Source: Gnetum montanum (taxonomy: Eukaryota; Plantae; Gnetophyta). Taken from it: DNA of 64,000 nucleotides. A program made the translations under genes and the position numbers. The DNA lies in assembly GCA_015680685.1 (NCBI GenBank), contig MNCI01002242.1:62001-126000 (forward strand). The letters run 5' to 3'. This document shows positions 13,430-27,720 of this stretch, in pieces (within the stretch, counting starts at the first letter, position 1; each line of letters opens with the position of its first letter). Under the pieces are notes generated by a model, which saw only the letters and a program-made list of their open reading frames with translations, was not told the origin of the DNA and did not search any database.

Positions 13430-14544
13430 GTTTTTTTTTCATGCTAAGTTTCCTAGCATGGAATATCTCCTCCTAGTGTGGAAGATATGTTCCTAACATG
13501 GAAGATCTCTCCCCCCCAGCATGGAAGATCTTCCCCAATCCTGAAAGATCTACCTCCAATGTGGATGCCATCCCCTAGCATAAAAGCTGTCCTCCTAGCA
13601 TGGATGGTGTGCCCTTGTTACTATTTTTAGTAAATAGAATGGCCATGGATGTATGAAACTTACTATATATGGTAACCACCCCACACCCACACCACCCCCC
13701 ACACCNNNNNNNNNNNNNNNNATTTTGGCACCTACCCCACCTAAAATGTAATAGAAGTTTGTAGCCAATTTGTAGTAGTTTTGTAGCCCAATTTTCAGCA
13801 ATTTATAGCTAATTTATAGCAAGATTCAAGGCCTAAAACCTATATAAACCAACCCCAAACACCATTTTCAGGTTTCACACTCTTGACAATTTTCACACTT
13901 GGGCATTTTCAGGTGATCAAGAGCTCTTGCAATCTCACACACTTGTAGTCTCTTGAACCCTAGCATGGAAACCCTTGTGAACCTATAACACCCATTACCC
14001 CTTTGAGATTTATGAGTTTTTAGATTTCTACGTTGCACTCTTGGGATCCCCAACTCCTAGTGCAAAGCATTTTGACAACCCAAATCCGTCACTTTTCTCA
14101 CCTTCAATAGTAGTCAATGTTGCAAATCTAAAGCAATAGCAAAGGAATTTGGATAACATCGAGAGTGGCTAAGCATCCACATCATGGAGTGGATGATATT
14201 GGCTTCAACAAAATCTAAACCCCTAGATCAATGAACCTCTTTTTGCTCTCTCATGGGCATTTCTTGTACACATCCCTTGAACTTATTCTTTATTTTTAAT
14301 AAAGTTTTAAGGTTTTAGTGTTATGTGCAATTCATATTTGCATTTAGTTTTACAGATCTGTAATTTTTTTTTTTACATTTTTATTTTCTCTACCCCCATT
14401 TTGCATTTCATAAATTTCTCGATGATATGCTAGACTCTTCAAGACATCTCAAATTCCATTTTCTAGAGGCCCTCAAGATTTGGAATTAAGGTTGTTGTGA
14501 TAGAGCTTTTGATTTTCCAGTGATCAAATTTTAAGGTTGCAATA
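13430..14544 (+). repeat. 5' LTR (5'-truncated) of Tat copy 2
   Basis: Homologous to 52640-53537. TATA-like cctatataaa at ~13839. Ends ggttgcaata directly before the PBS. ~21-bp CCCAGC(A/G)TGGAAGATCT tandem at 13450-13610. Confidence 0.8.
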
Positions 14545-14567
14545 GTTTTTTAGCACTAGAAGGAGGG
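14545..14567 (+). promoter_or_regulatory. primer binding site (decayed TGGCGCTAGAAGGAGGG type)
   Basis: gttttttagcactagaaggaggg immediately follows the LTR end and resembles a PBS common in Tat-lineage elements. Confidence 0.7.
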
Positions 14568-15337
14568 CCTCCACCATATTTCTATGTCCAATCCTATGTG
14601 CACATGTGGTACACTAATGTGCAAGTTTTAGATCTCTAATTTTCAATTGAAATCTTTGAATCTACACCAAAACCTAACGTTAGCACCCATCCTCCTACCA
14701 TCAAAACCCAACGTGTGTGTTTGGGTTTTGATAAAAAATTTACAACAATTGCTAGAAATTTCAAAACTAGTGTGGGTGTTCCACCCAAAACCTTACCCCT
14801 TTGCTATTAAAAAATTTTCCAACAAAACCAATGTTACTAGCCTACCGAAAAGAACATGCTTTTGGAAAAATCAAAGTTTCCACTTCGGTTTACTTGCCAA
14901 AAGTAAACCCCCTTCCCCAACATTGTGTAGAAAAAGCTTAATATTTTAAACCTTGTCCCCTTTCTTGGCCCTTTTTTCTCTCATCATAGGTGCAACTAGG
15001 AAGCCTAATGTGGGTGGGGTTGATACCATCACTTGCCATATTTAGTAAAGAGGTATATCCCTTTTAGAACCCCCTTACCATTTATAGTAAGTAACTTGTT
15101 TTGGCCATTTTTATCATTTTTGACCTTTTGTGTAGCTAGGAAGCCTAGCCTTGATACCACCCTTTACCATCTTTAGTAAGAGGTTATACCCCCTTTGAAA
15201 ATCACCTTACTATTTAAAGTAAGTGATCCATTTTCATCCATTTTTGTCTCTTTTAGCTATTTTTAAGTTCCACTTGTTGGAATTTGCACTCTTTCCACCT
15301 TTTGCAACCTTTTCAAACCATTTTTATCATCGTAACC

Positions 15338-18300
15338 ATGTCTTTTAGCTAATCAACCATACTATCCCTTAACCTCACAAACATGGTATTTAGCCAAGAT
15401 GCAATTTGTGTTTATAACCCAAAAGACCTGATGGTCATAGAACAAAGGAAATCACTTAGGCATAGGGATAAGAACATGAATTTTACAATTATCAATGAGG
15501 AGTTCTACAACTTTCTCTATCTAAAATGCAAGCTGATCTATTGATACCATGCTCCAAATCTTATGCTAAGTGTTAATTAAAAATTATATGCTAGGATGGG
15601 AAAGAATGCATCCCATCCACCTATGATCAAATCCCCCTCCTCACTTTCTATGCACAAATGCTCATACAACTCATAGAGGTTGATGAGTTTAGTGAGGAAA
15701 TTAGCTTAGAGGATCATCAAGAAGAGGAAGAGAATTTTGAGGTTGAGTAGGAGCTAGACAGCTTCATTGGAAGTCATTTCTAATCTTTGGCTTCCCAAAC
15801 AACCACACGCAACTCCACATGTCTTACCTCATCAATGAAATAGATACCTCAATCCAACTTTCCTCCTATCCATCCTACCATGTTTTGATCCACACCCATC
15901 ATCACCACACACCAAACACAACCTATGTCTTAGTCCACTTCCTTATTCTCATTGGTACCCTTTACCACACAACCTAACTTCATTCACCTAGCCATGGTGA
16001 TGTCTACCCTACCATCTTCCTTTGATATATCATTTGGATCCTCATTGCGACCCCAAGCAACACAAGCATCTCATACCCCATTTTCCCCTTTGTGCCTCAA
16101 GTTCTAGCATAGACATCTTTCTCCTTGTTTATCCCACCTATGATCATCATAACCCAACCTCTCCCTTCGATATTGCAACCTATCACAAGGCCACAAGCCT
16201 CTTAACCAAAAGTCTCATAAATTCTTCCTCAACCATTTATGCAAGCACCATGGCCCACAGTGATGCTCCAAGGCATGGATCAAGCTTTTCAAATTATCTC
16301 AAACCTTAACAAAGAGCTATAAAAACTTAAAGCCAATATAACTCAAATGGTCAAGGTTCTATATTTCCACCAAGATGATCGCCCTATGGTGGCTCAAATA
16401 ACGTTTTCCATAGGCTTTCCCATTCTAAACTTCACAAAATACAATGGTAAAAGAGATCCCAACATACATCTAGTAACCTTTTGATCTGAGTGCCTTTTTT
16501 TGCAAGCTTGGCCTCACTTAATATTACAAATTTCCCCATGTTCCTCAAGGGTAAGGCTTTAGATTGGGGTTGAACCTTGCCTAGGGGTTCTATCTCTTTC
16601 CTTGAGGACTTGATTAACCAATTTTTGAACTACTTTAGATACAAATTAAAGCCAAATTCCACATTGGACCAATTGATGAAGGTGAGGCAGGGGCTACTTA
16701 AACTGGTCAAAGGGTTCTTTTAAAGGTGGAACTCAACACTCAATGAGATCATAGAGACTATTGCTCAAACGCATCTCTTGGCCATCCACAAGGGAGTAGT
16801 AAATGACTTTATTAAGTTAAAGCTATACTACCTAAAGCCCCAGTCACTAAGCCCTTCTAACAAACTAAGAACATTGAGGAGGCAACTAAGGTAAGAAATG
16901 ACCCAGTCTACATGGCCTATAAAAACCAACATGTAAGAAGGAATAGGGATAAAACCAAATAATATTATACAACCATGGCCATAGTAGCAAAAAAGACAAA
17001 ACAAGGAGAGAGAAGCATATCACTACCATGCAACATATCCCTTGACTCATTCCAACCATCCATTTCCTATGCTCCAAATCAACCATGACCAAACTTTGGG
17101 AAAAAGGATAAGTTTAAGTACACTAGGTTGCCTATTAAGCCCTTTGAGCTTCTCGAATAGTTGCTTAAAGATGATGGTATACAATATAAGCAATTGTCTA
17201 AGGAGGCTCGTAAGAGGTACGATTGTCTTTGTGACATAGCTAAAAACCCAACAATAGCTATTAACGATTATCCCAAGCTATTGAGGTACTTCAGGCTAGA
17301 TAGGTATTTTCATTATCATCAAATGGCTGGTCATGACACTGATATTTTCCTAGCATTAAAGGATGGCCTCTAGAAGATGATAATCCATAGAGAGTTGGTA
17401 GTGAATGAGTCTAACTCTCCAAGTGCTAACAATAATTCCTATACTGTAGCCTCGTTCATGGAAACCAAATGATCTAATCTTCCTAGGAAACCATTTATCA
17501 TCAGGCTACCATTGCAATCCCAAGACACAAAGCCAAGAGAGCGCTTAATCATACAAGTGTCACTTCCTCCAATCCCTAAGGAGCCTTTTATCATATGTTT
17601 CTCCTCTTGGCTTCAACATCACAAATGATCAATGAGTTGCTAATACTCCAAAGCCTAAAGAACCATTCATTATTTAAGTTCCTCCACCTTTAACAAGTAA
17701 GCCTATAACAACCCATGACCGAAGCCAACCTATACTTTCCAACATCTTAGAAGTCATCTTCACAAAAATGATGAAAACAACCTCTTGGTAAACCAACAAC
17801 AAAGATCACCTATAATGCCTAATAACTCAAAAGTCATCTTTACAACAACGATGAAAACAACCTATTGCTAAACCAACAACAAAGCCCACTGAAGGTAGCC
17901 AACAACAAAAGACTTTGAAATAGGCTACACTAGACTAGCTACACCCATGGACAAGGGGCCCAAGGCATATAGATCACAATCAAAGCCACAAACCCAAGGG
18001 AGAATGAAGGAGGTTAGAACTACTAAGGCTAAAACATCGCAAGCCAAGGGAAATAATTTTCACATAATCATGGAACAAACCAAATGGTCCCTTAAGAAAA
18101 AGAACACATTAATAAACATGTATGACTTGGTCATAACCTCTCCTTCACATAATGATTCATTGGATGATGTATTGACTTCTATCCTTATGAGTAGATACAT
18201 GTTTGCCAACAAAGAGTTGACTCACTCTATTATTGAGTGAGCTTCGCATAGAAAAAATAAGCATCAACCACTACTTAACCTTCATGATAGTGAAGTGAAA

Positions 18301-18964
18301 ATTGGCTCTAGAAATGGAGAGGTGTGATTTTCTTCTCTCCTCATTATCATTTGTGTTGGTGGATATAAGGTCCATCTTCTTCATGTAGATGATGTGGCGG
18401 CCACAAATTTGATACCATATTCTATTGTTGACAAACTAGGCCTAAGAAAAAACATCAAAATGACCATCACCTTAGCACTTAAGTCATTTAATGGCTTTTG
18501 AGGAGTAGTGCAAGGTTTCATGACTTTGGATTTTGTAGCCAATGAACAATTCCCTACATCCACCAACTTTCTAATAGTCGAAGAAACACCTTGTTTCAAC
18601 TTGATCCTAGGAAGATCATGGTTAGCAAAGCTTCAAGTAGTTTTATCTCCTATACATCAAGAGATTCACTTGCCATACAAATGTGGGAAGATTGTGATCT
18701 ATGGAGATAATTTGTCACTATTTTTAGTTAACTACATCAACATTGACTAAGGTTTGAAGGTGAATTCTCAAGAGGAAACTCTTGACACTCAAATTGGGGC
18801 TAACAATAATGAGAGAAATAACGATGCGAGTAATGCCAACTCTACAACATGAGACAATTAAAAAAAATCCCTACAACTTACCATGTCAAATGAAAGAAAA
18901 TGTTACCATAGAATCATGCCAAAAGGATTCCTTGATCTCCCAAAGATTAAACAACAGGTTCATG
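15338..18964 (+). pseudogene. gag-protease pseudogene of Tat copy 2
   Basis: ATG at 15338 is homologous to ATG 32656. Motifs: FTKYNGKRDPNIHL, YFHYHQMAGHDTDIF, protease LHVDDVAATNL...NLILGRSWL. Confidence 0.85.
17751..17890 (+). repeat. ~79-bp local tandem duplication in gag
   Basis: aagtcatctt...gatgaaaacaacct...aaaccaacaacaaag occurs twice. Confidence 0.75.
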
Positions 18965-21900
18965 GTAAATGTCTCATCCATTCTTTTGTGAATCATTTGT
19001 TTACATTTACAACATTATATCATTTTCAATGTTGTTTCTAGCCTTATGTGCTCTTTTAAGAGCATCCCATAATTTCTAGGCAAGTATGGACCTCAACCCA
19101 CCTAGGCCTAAAAGTGGTAACTTATGACTTACTAGGATCTAAAACTGGAAACTTATGGTCCACCAAGACCTAAAACTAGCATTATGGCCTACCAAGGCCT
19201 AAAAATAGTGAAGAAATGGCCTTTCAAGGCCTAAACCTAGCATCCAAATAACCCTTGGAATGGGTTCCAAGCATTAACCATGACCATAGAACTTTATCAT
19301 CCTTGACATTTTTGGAAGCAGCAATCAACATACATGAATCCTAAACCTTGGTAAGGGGTAAAACCTTCACAAAGCTTGCCATTTTTGGCATCCATGCTAG
19401 GGAAATTCTACCCAACATGGACCCAACATTGACTAAAGGGTGTAACACCTATAATTGCCTCCCAGTATCCATCTAGCCTAAATCTGACCCTTGGAGTAGG
19501 CCCACATCATCTAGAACCCTTCTAGTCATCCCCGATAGCCCCAAAGCCTTACCAAATGTAGTAAAAAGTGTTCAAAATCATAGGATTTTGTGCATCCACA
19601 CTAACAAAGGCCTCTTCCATGTTGGACAATGTGGATATAGCGTGGACAAATGGGATATGATTTAAATTGCTATAATTAACCACATAGTAGCCATTTTTCA
19701 AACCTAACACTCCTTGACAACCTTTAGTAGCCTAATTTTGTCTTAAAATAAGTTGATTTTTCATTCATATCCTTCTCCACATTGGTGACCCCTCTCTCCA
19801 TGTTTCCTAGCATGATGCCAATGTGGAAGCCTAGGGAGTATGCAATAAAACCAAGTTTATAACCAAAAATAGCCTAATAAGCTACCCTTTGATCTCTAGA
19901 CCCTCCTAGAACCTGTCAAAGCCTCCATGTACCTTAAAATTGATAAAAAAAAATGGCACAACACTATCATTTCCCTCTCATCTATGCTAGGGCCATCATG
20001 CCGAGCATGGAAAAGGAGGGATGGTTGCATGAGGTACCTAGGAACCTCAAAACTGGTGGATTTTGACATAATATATTGACAATCGACACTAGAAACCCTA
20101 GACGCTAACATGTATGGTTGATTTGCTATTAAAAGAGCCTAGATTTGACATTTTTGGTTGCTCCATGTTAGGGGAGACCTCATCCACACTAGCTAGCATG
20201 GATATAGCTTGGGAGACTCATGGAGGATCCTAGATACATCAAAACAATACCAAATTACCTTGTACTTGCAGCAAAACCTTGTTAGCCCTTTCAAAATCCA
20301 CCAGACTTCTGGAAATCAATAAAAATCAATACTTTAATGATTCTCAATACTGGGGAGGACGTTATCCACATTGGGTAGCATGGAGCTACCATGGAACCAA
20401 AGGGATGACTTCTAAAACCACTTCGAAACCCTTCAAATTGCCTAATTTTGATACCAAACACTAGCACTTGACCCCTATAGCCCAAAAAGCTTAAAAACCT
20501 TGTCAAATATTATTAAAAGTGGCCAAAATCTTGGATTCAAGTGTATCCACACTAGAGGGGGATCCTATCCATGCTGAGGATCCTAGCCCCACTATGAATG
20601 GAAGGGAGTGAAGCCAAACTAGTGAAATTTGCATGGAAATTGACTTCTAGCAACAATGGAACCCTTCTAGAAGCTACCAAAATTCCATAAGTAAAACAAA
20701 ATAGCTCAAAATTTTCCTACCTAGAGTCTCCATGTGGGGGAGGATCCTATCCATGATGGGTAGCATGGATCTAGTGTGGAACTAGAGGAGTAAGCTCAAG
20801 AACCATCTAAAAACCCTCAAAATTGCTAGATTTTGATCCTAGGATTCAACCATCAACACTAGCAACCTTGAAAATGTGCATGCATGACCAAAACTAATAA
20901 AAATAGCAAAAAATAGGCTTCCTTGGATCTTCCATTCTAGGGATCATGCCATTAATGTTGGTTAGCATGGATCCAGATGGAAACTAGGAGGTAACACCAA
21001 AAATAACTTAAAGACCTACAAACCTACTAAAATTTGGCCTTACACCCTAGCCCTGAACCTCAAAAAATCTGAGAACTAACATGCATGATCAATTATGGTC
21101 AAAACTAGTCTTGATCTAAGATTTTTAATCCATCCATACTGGGGAAAGCCTCTTCCACATTGGACAACATAGAACTAGCTTGGAATAGTTGTCTTTCCAC
21201 TTTTGGTAGCAGATTGACACTCTTGGAGATTAAAAACCTACACGAAAGAAGTGTAAGACCTTTGGTCCTTAAATATCATCAACTCACATCTTCCATAGAG
21301 CAACTTTCTCAGTGTGGATCAAGGAGGATGTAACCTTACATAGCCTCATACATTTTTCAAACATGACCAAAATTAGTTAAAAACTTGGGAAATCATGGTA
21401 TGCAAACCTAGAGGCCGAAAACCCTGGTTGATGTGCTTCCAAGCCACTCAAACATCAAGGAACAAGAACACCCCCATTCTTCCATGCTAGTCCTATCATG
21501 CTTAGGATGGAAAAATGGGAAAACTATCCCAAATTGCTATATACTTTAAACCCTCTAAAATGGGCTCAAAATGTAGCTAGAGGATGCACAACTATCATAC
21601 CTTAGTTTTAGTTTCCCATGCAACCTTGTTTGATCCTATTTCAACACAAATTCAAATTATCCACATTAAGCCCCCTTCTATCCATGGTGGCTAGCATGGA
21701 AATAGGGGGGGGGGGGGGGGGGGGGGGGGCGGTGAAGCTTTAAAGCTTTCTTTTTGATCATTTTGTACCTTCAAAGTGATCAATTTGGATAGATCTGGCC
21801 TTGCGCTATCTTGGGAAGGTCCTAAAACCCTAACTTTGATGCTCTGGATGTCATGCAATACACTTTCCTTTATCTCCATGTTAGCTTCATGCTAGCTAGT

Positions 21901-22806
21901 GTGAAGGATGTTTTCAAGCTTCAAAGAAGGGCTCTTAGGGTTGAAACTACTGCTAAGACTAGTTAATTTCCTTTCCCAGTCAACTACATTGACATGCAAA
22001 CCATTAGAGGTTGAAAAGTAACCAGAATGACCCTAAGAAACTATCTAGATGTTCCATCCACACTAGGATCACCCCTTCCATGTTGGCTAGCTTGGAAACA
22101 GGTGGGGTCCAGTGTGGAAGCCTTAAAAGCCTTACTTCTTCAATTCAAACAGCCCAGAAACAACCTTCGCTGATGCCCAAAGTTATCCAACACCATTGTA
22201 TCCTTAAACCATGTCCCACTAAGGCCTAAAACTAGTAATATCTAATCTTGTTTGATAATAATTAGTCAATCTATATAACATGCATTCCATTTCACTTGAT
22301 TTGACCTTATTTCATGGTGTTTCAAGTTGTTTTTGACATTGTTTTGCATTGTTAACCTTCTTGGCCATTATATGATCACTAATAACTACAGTATCACCAT
22401 ATTCACCTTATTCTCTCCATTATAACCTTTATTGATCGTGTTTAACCTTTTTTTAGCCTTTTATGGGTGTTAGGTTGATGGGGTTTGACCATTCTTGATC
22501 ATCATTTGACACCATGTAGCTATGGCTTACCAAGGCCTTAAATTGGCAACATTTCCTGCTAAGGCCTAAAATTGGAAAAATGTAACCATATTTTACCATG
22601 TTTGACCTTGTATTATCTTGAACTCATGCATTGTAGCCTTGTTTACCCTATTTAGATACTAGTGTGGTCTTTTTTGCAACATGTTTGTCTATCTTATGAA
22701 ATATTACTGTGATATCTTGCATTATTAACATTATTTTATTTATCTTTATCAATTTTAACAATATTATTACATAAGTGTGACTTGATGTTCTTATGTTGTC
22801 ATGTAT
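18965..22806 (+). other. candidate PR-RT intron of copy 2
   Basis: Donor CAT G|GTAAAT at 18965 (alternative CAG|GT at 18958). Decayed acceptor ttatgttgtcatgtat at ~22806. Confidence 0.55.
19390..22110. repeat. array of ~15 palindromic ATCCA(C)GCTGG..CCAGC(G)TGGAT units, ~185-190 bp period
   Basis: Units near 19615, 19797, 19995, 20182, 20363, 20567, 20749, 20950, 21152, 21481, 21680 and 22076. Collinear with 42700-45240. Confidence 0.8.
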
Positions 22807-23509
22807 GAATAAGCTAGAAAGATGAGGAAGCAAACTTGACTAGGATTAAAACCTAAATAAACCCCTCTTGTGATGTTGTTAGAACAAATATCCAAATCTT
22901 AATCACTAAAGAAATTCTATTATATAGCCATAACACCCTAAAGTATCTTGATGACCATTGTACTTAAAGCCAGAAACATCACAGAGGTTCCCTTAGCTAA
23001 AATTCCCATCAAGACCACAATGGTAAGGAGAAAATTCATAGGACCAAGTTCCTCACTAGAACTTAAACATGCTTACGAGCACATCAAACCCTTATTTTAC
23101 AACATTAAAGCCATCATATAGCCCTAGTTATATCTAACACTCACATGTTTGCTTACAGTGTTGTTTATCATTGTTGACAGCTTACAAAAAATGACTAATG
23201 TTGATAACTTTGATGATATATAACAAGTGAGCCTACATGACATCTTTTGGCATAACAAAAGAACATCTTTTGATGATGTTCTATGACCTTAAACTAGCAA
23301 CATGAACTACCAGGGGCTTAAACTAGTACCCTAGCCTACCATGCCCTTAAACTAGCAACTTTGGTATCTTAGTAGCTCTAGCTTGTTTGTCATCTCATCA
23401 TGGTATGTGGCCTATAGGCATTGTAATGTTATAACATGCTCTATTTGCTTGGTCTTCTTATCCTCTTCGAGTTATGTTTGAGACATTGATTTCACTGACT
23501 TGCTTAGAC

Positions 23510-26500
23510 TCATGGAAAGGTTTTAGTTATTGCATGTTGACTAGCTATTTTTTGTTCAGGCCCTCAAGTTTGTAGATCAACATGGCCCTAGAAGGAAAGG
23601 TTTTATAAATGATATAATTCCCTTTCCACAATGTTTGAAACTTAGTTCATTGAGGTACATGTGTGGGGTTCTAGTAGAGGACCTTGTCTCTAGGTTGAAA
23701 TTTCGCTTTTCTTATCCTAAGGTTATGGAATTTTTTGTTGAATGCCTTATGCACTTAATTCAAGGATAGGGCTACTGATTGATTTTCATCTAGCACATGC
23801 AGGTTGATTAATCTTTCATTCTATGCTAGGCTAAGGTCAAGGTCTAAATCACAACTAATTAAAAGTTTACAAAGTTTAAATTGGATAGGTAGAGTTGGTA
23901 ATTTTTTGTACAATAGCTCATAGGAAAAGTAGCCTATAAGAAGTTTCCATGTTGAGTGGTATGCCTAAAGGCCGTTTTTTAGTTTTATGCTCCAATATCT
24001 CCTATATTTTTTAATAGTTCTTGTCAAGATCTTTATGATCTCTCTATTAGTAACTTCTTCTTGATCATTGGCTTGGGGGTGATATGATGTTGTTAGTTTA
24101 TGTTCAACCCCCAAGCATTGCATAAGCTGGCAAAAGGTAGTGCTTGTAAAATGGGTTACATTATCAAAAATTAGTGCACATGACATCCCAAACCTATTTA
24201 CAACATTTTTTTGTACAAACCGTGCAACAGTAGATGATGTACAGTCGATGACGATTGATTTTGTTTCCATTTTATGTAGTAATCAATGGCAATGATTATG
24301 TACATCTCTCCATTTGACATGGGTATGATGGGACCCATGAAGTTGATGCTCCAAATTTTGAATGGTTCTAGTGGTTGGATCGACTATTGAGATTCCTCCA
24401 TTTGCATGGTCATCCCACCATATTATTGGCAATGTTTACAAGATCAAACAAATTGGTGTGCATCCCTAAAGATAGTTGGCCAATAATACCTTGTCATTAG
24501 GATCTTAATGATCGTGCATCTCCTAGCATAGTGGCCCCCATAAGGACCCTCATGAACATCTTAGAGAATGCACAATTGATTAGCATCAGGTACATACCAA
24601 CGAACCAGGCCATTGATGCACACCTTATAAAGATGTCTATTAATTTTCATGAAGCATTTGGTTTGATGAAAAAACTTTTGTTTCTTCCTATAGTCCAAAT
24701 CTTGTGGCATCTCTTAAGTAACAAGATGAGTGAGGATGCCATCATACCATTTGGGTTTTATTGGCACTTGTTCATTTTTTGCAACTATAAAGAGGAGTTC
24801 ATCAGGAAATTGATCAGAGAGTAGGCTCTCCTCTTTGTTATCCCATCATAATTGAGACAAGTGATCAGCAACCACATTCTCAATCTCCTTTTGATCTACC
24901 ATTGTAAGATTGAAATCCTGCAAGATCACTAGCTACCATATGACATGGGGACTCACTATTGGCTTATTCATTAGGAAGTGAACTACATTGTGGTCCATGT
25001 GTACAAAAACTTTGTATCCAAGTACATAGTGCTTGAACTTTTCTAGATCATACACCACCACCATTAATTCTTTCTCCATTGTGGTGTAATTCAATTGTCC
25101 ACCCACAATGCTTCGACTTGCATAGTGTATGTAATATGGACATTTCTTGTCATCCAACTACATAAGCATGGCTTCTAAGGCATAATTTGATGCATTTATC
25201 ATGATATAAAATGATTTGGACTAGTTAGATACTCATAGAATTGGAGTCTCTATGAGCTTCTGCTTGACGCTTTGGAATGCATTTTAGCAATCCTTGGTCC
25301 AAATAAATAAAGCATCTTTCTTTGTAAGCTCGACCAATAGTTTTGAAATCTTAGAGAAGTTCTTTATAAAATGCTAGTAGTAGCTAGTATGTCCAAGAAA
25401 TGAATAGACATCTTTAATGATTTTCAGTTGGTGAGTTATTCCTTGGATGATCCTTATCTTTTCAAGGTTTACCTCATTCCTTACCTCATAAATTTTGCGC
25501 CCTAGTATAATGTCTTCTTGGACCATCAAATGGATCTTCTATTAATTGAGCTGAAGATTCATCTCCACACATCTTTTAAGCACTTACTCAAGGTAGTCCA
25601 AGGCTTTCTCAAATGTGGCACCATAGGTGGAGAAGTCATCCATGAAGACTTCCATCCCATAATAATTTGTTAGTGAAAAATGCTCAAGACCAACTGTTGG
25701 AATGTTACAAGAGCATTATACAAACCAAAAGGAATCTTTTGATATGCAAAAGTCTCCTAGAAACTTATAAATGTTGTTTTGGCCTGATCCTTTGGTGCAA
25801 TCTGGATTTGATTATAGGCACTATAACCATCCAAAAATTTGTAATAGCAATGCCTGAATATACTGTTCAACGCTTGATCCATGAATGGCAATGGAAAGTG
25901 ATCTTTGAATGTTGCCATATTCAACAACTAGAAGTTGACTCAGACCTGCCACTTGCCACCTTTCTTTAGTACAATCATGAGTGGACTAAGCCACTTACTA
26001 TCTGAAATGGGATAAATAAACCCTACCTTGAGGATTTTTTTGATTTCCTCTTTGATGATCTACTTTAATTTTTGGTTCAATCACCATTGTGACTACCCCT
26101 TTGGCTTTATTGCTAGATCAATGTAGATACGATGTTGGCATATCCTAGGATCAATCTCTATGAGTTCAGGATATGACCAAGCAAAGAATGTTGGCCATTT
26201 GTTAACCACCCTCAATAGCATTTGTTTCTATTTAGGAGAAATTTTGGCATTGATGATTACTAGCTTGCCATTTTTCAAAAATGCATACTACATGCTAGTA
26301 GATAAATTTTTCAACTTTAAGGGCTCTTGTTTAAAATTTTGAAGGATTTCCAACTCTCCCCAATTAGTATCATCATTTGCATCATTAGAGAGTTAGTAAT
26401 GAACTTACTCAAGTTCATCCATGCTTTTAACATATGCACATGTTAAGCTCTCAGTAGGTTCCATGCAAAGTGTGCTACTTCCAAAATCAGTTGTTAGCCA

Positions 26501-27720
26501 CTGGGTGTCCTCTTTTTTTGTGGTTGCTACATATAGGTCTCTTTGAATATCTTCCTCATTTGCACACTTCCTATATGTAGATATGAATGCTTTTTTCACA
26601 AACCAAACTTTCTACACACAGTTGCACATTATATCATTGTATGTGATGCATGGAAATCGCTTCTTCTCGATCTTTTTGAATCCATTTTCATTGAAAATTT
26701 CCATGGAAAGATCTCTTATGCCCATTTTCACATCAACAGTGCTCAACCAAGCCCTTTCCATAATGATTGGAAAGTCTCCCTTGCTATTGTCAAGTTTGAT
26801 TACAAGGAAATCGACTGGATAAGACCACCCACAAAAAGTTATCACAATGTCCTCCACTAGTCTCAAAGGAATAGTGATGGACTAATTTGTCAATTCTAAA
26901 TGGATGTTACTCTTCTTAAGAGGAGGAAGCTTTCACATTTTGTATGTTTTATGAGAAATAAAATTAACTCTAGAACCTAAGTTAAGAAGAGCCTTGCATG
27001 GCTCATTCCTAGCAATTTGTAAATAGATGAGAGGACTTCTAAGATTAAATATCTTCCTACAAAGGTTTGAAGAGATCCAATAAAATACAACATGGGTTAA
27101 CATAACTATATAGAGGTTGGGAGGCATTTGGTTTGAAGAGATCTTAAAAAGAATGGATGCATAGGATGAAGGAGATATAGGATGACCAGCTGCATAAATA
27201 ATTAAGGATTTAGTAGGGCTATTGGTTTGAAAGAATGATCTTTTATAAGATCTTGGTTTTGAATGACTCGGCTGAGAAGTCAACTGTAAGTTAATAGGCT
27301 TGGTAGCATTACATTATTGCAGTTGGGATAGAACCTTACCCTACATGGATGAGCAGGTGGTAATTGGTTTGAGGGTGGAGGAGCATATGCTAAAGGATGA
27401 GGAGGATGATAGAGATATGGGGGTTCCCCTCTAGTAGGTGGATAATGAGTTTTGTAATACTCTAGAGGGTAGTAGTGATGTTGAAAAGAAGAATGACTAG
27501 AAGAGTCATGCAAATACATTGATTGCTAAACATAGTATCCATACAAATCTGGCTACTTATAAGGGTACTGTTGCCTTCATGGTGGCATCCCCCACGATTG
27601 TGGATGTCTCCACTACTGATATGATTCATATGGTTGTGGTGGAGCTCCACTTGAATAATAAGCCTATTGTTGTTGGTGGTACTACCTTGGATTGCCTTAA
27701 AGATAAGGTAATCTTTTGGG
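23510..27720 (-). mobile_element. Athila-like Ty3/gypsy pol remnant (PR-RT-RH-INT) with Pro/His-rich gag tail; no LTRs recognised
   Basis: PR ALLNLGSRVNF and YPVDFLVI. RT MEVFMDDFS at 25628-25654. RNase H YASR...NYTTMEKEL...KFKHY. INT HKLTTSYHPQANDQEEVTNREI. Confidence 0.85.

Larger units (their letters stand above)
13430..23490 (+). mobile_element. Tat/Ogre-like LTR retrotransposon, copy 2 (non-autonomous; 5' LTR truncated, 3' end lost)
   Basis: Partial LTR, PBS, gag-PR, motif-array spacer, and the same short pol stub and deletion junction as copy 1. The 3' UTR is cut off at ~23490. Confidence 0.85.

Noticed and set aside
21705-21729. poly-G run and poly-Pro ORF
   Set aside because: Homopolymer expansion. 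The matching site in copy 3 (~44830) has only a short G run.
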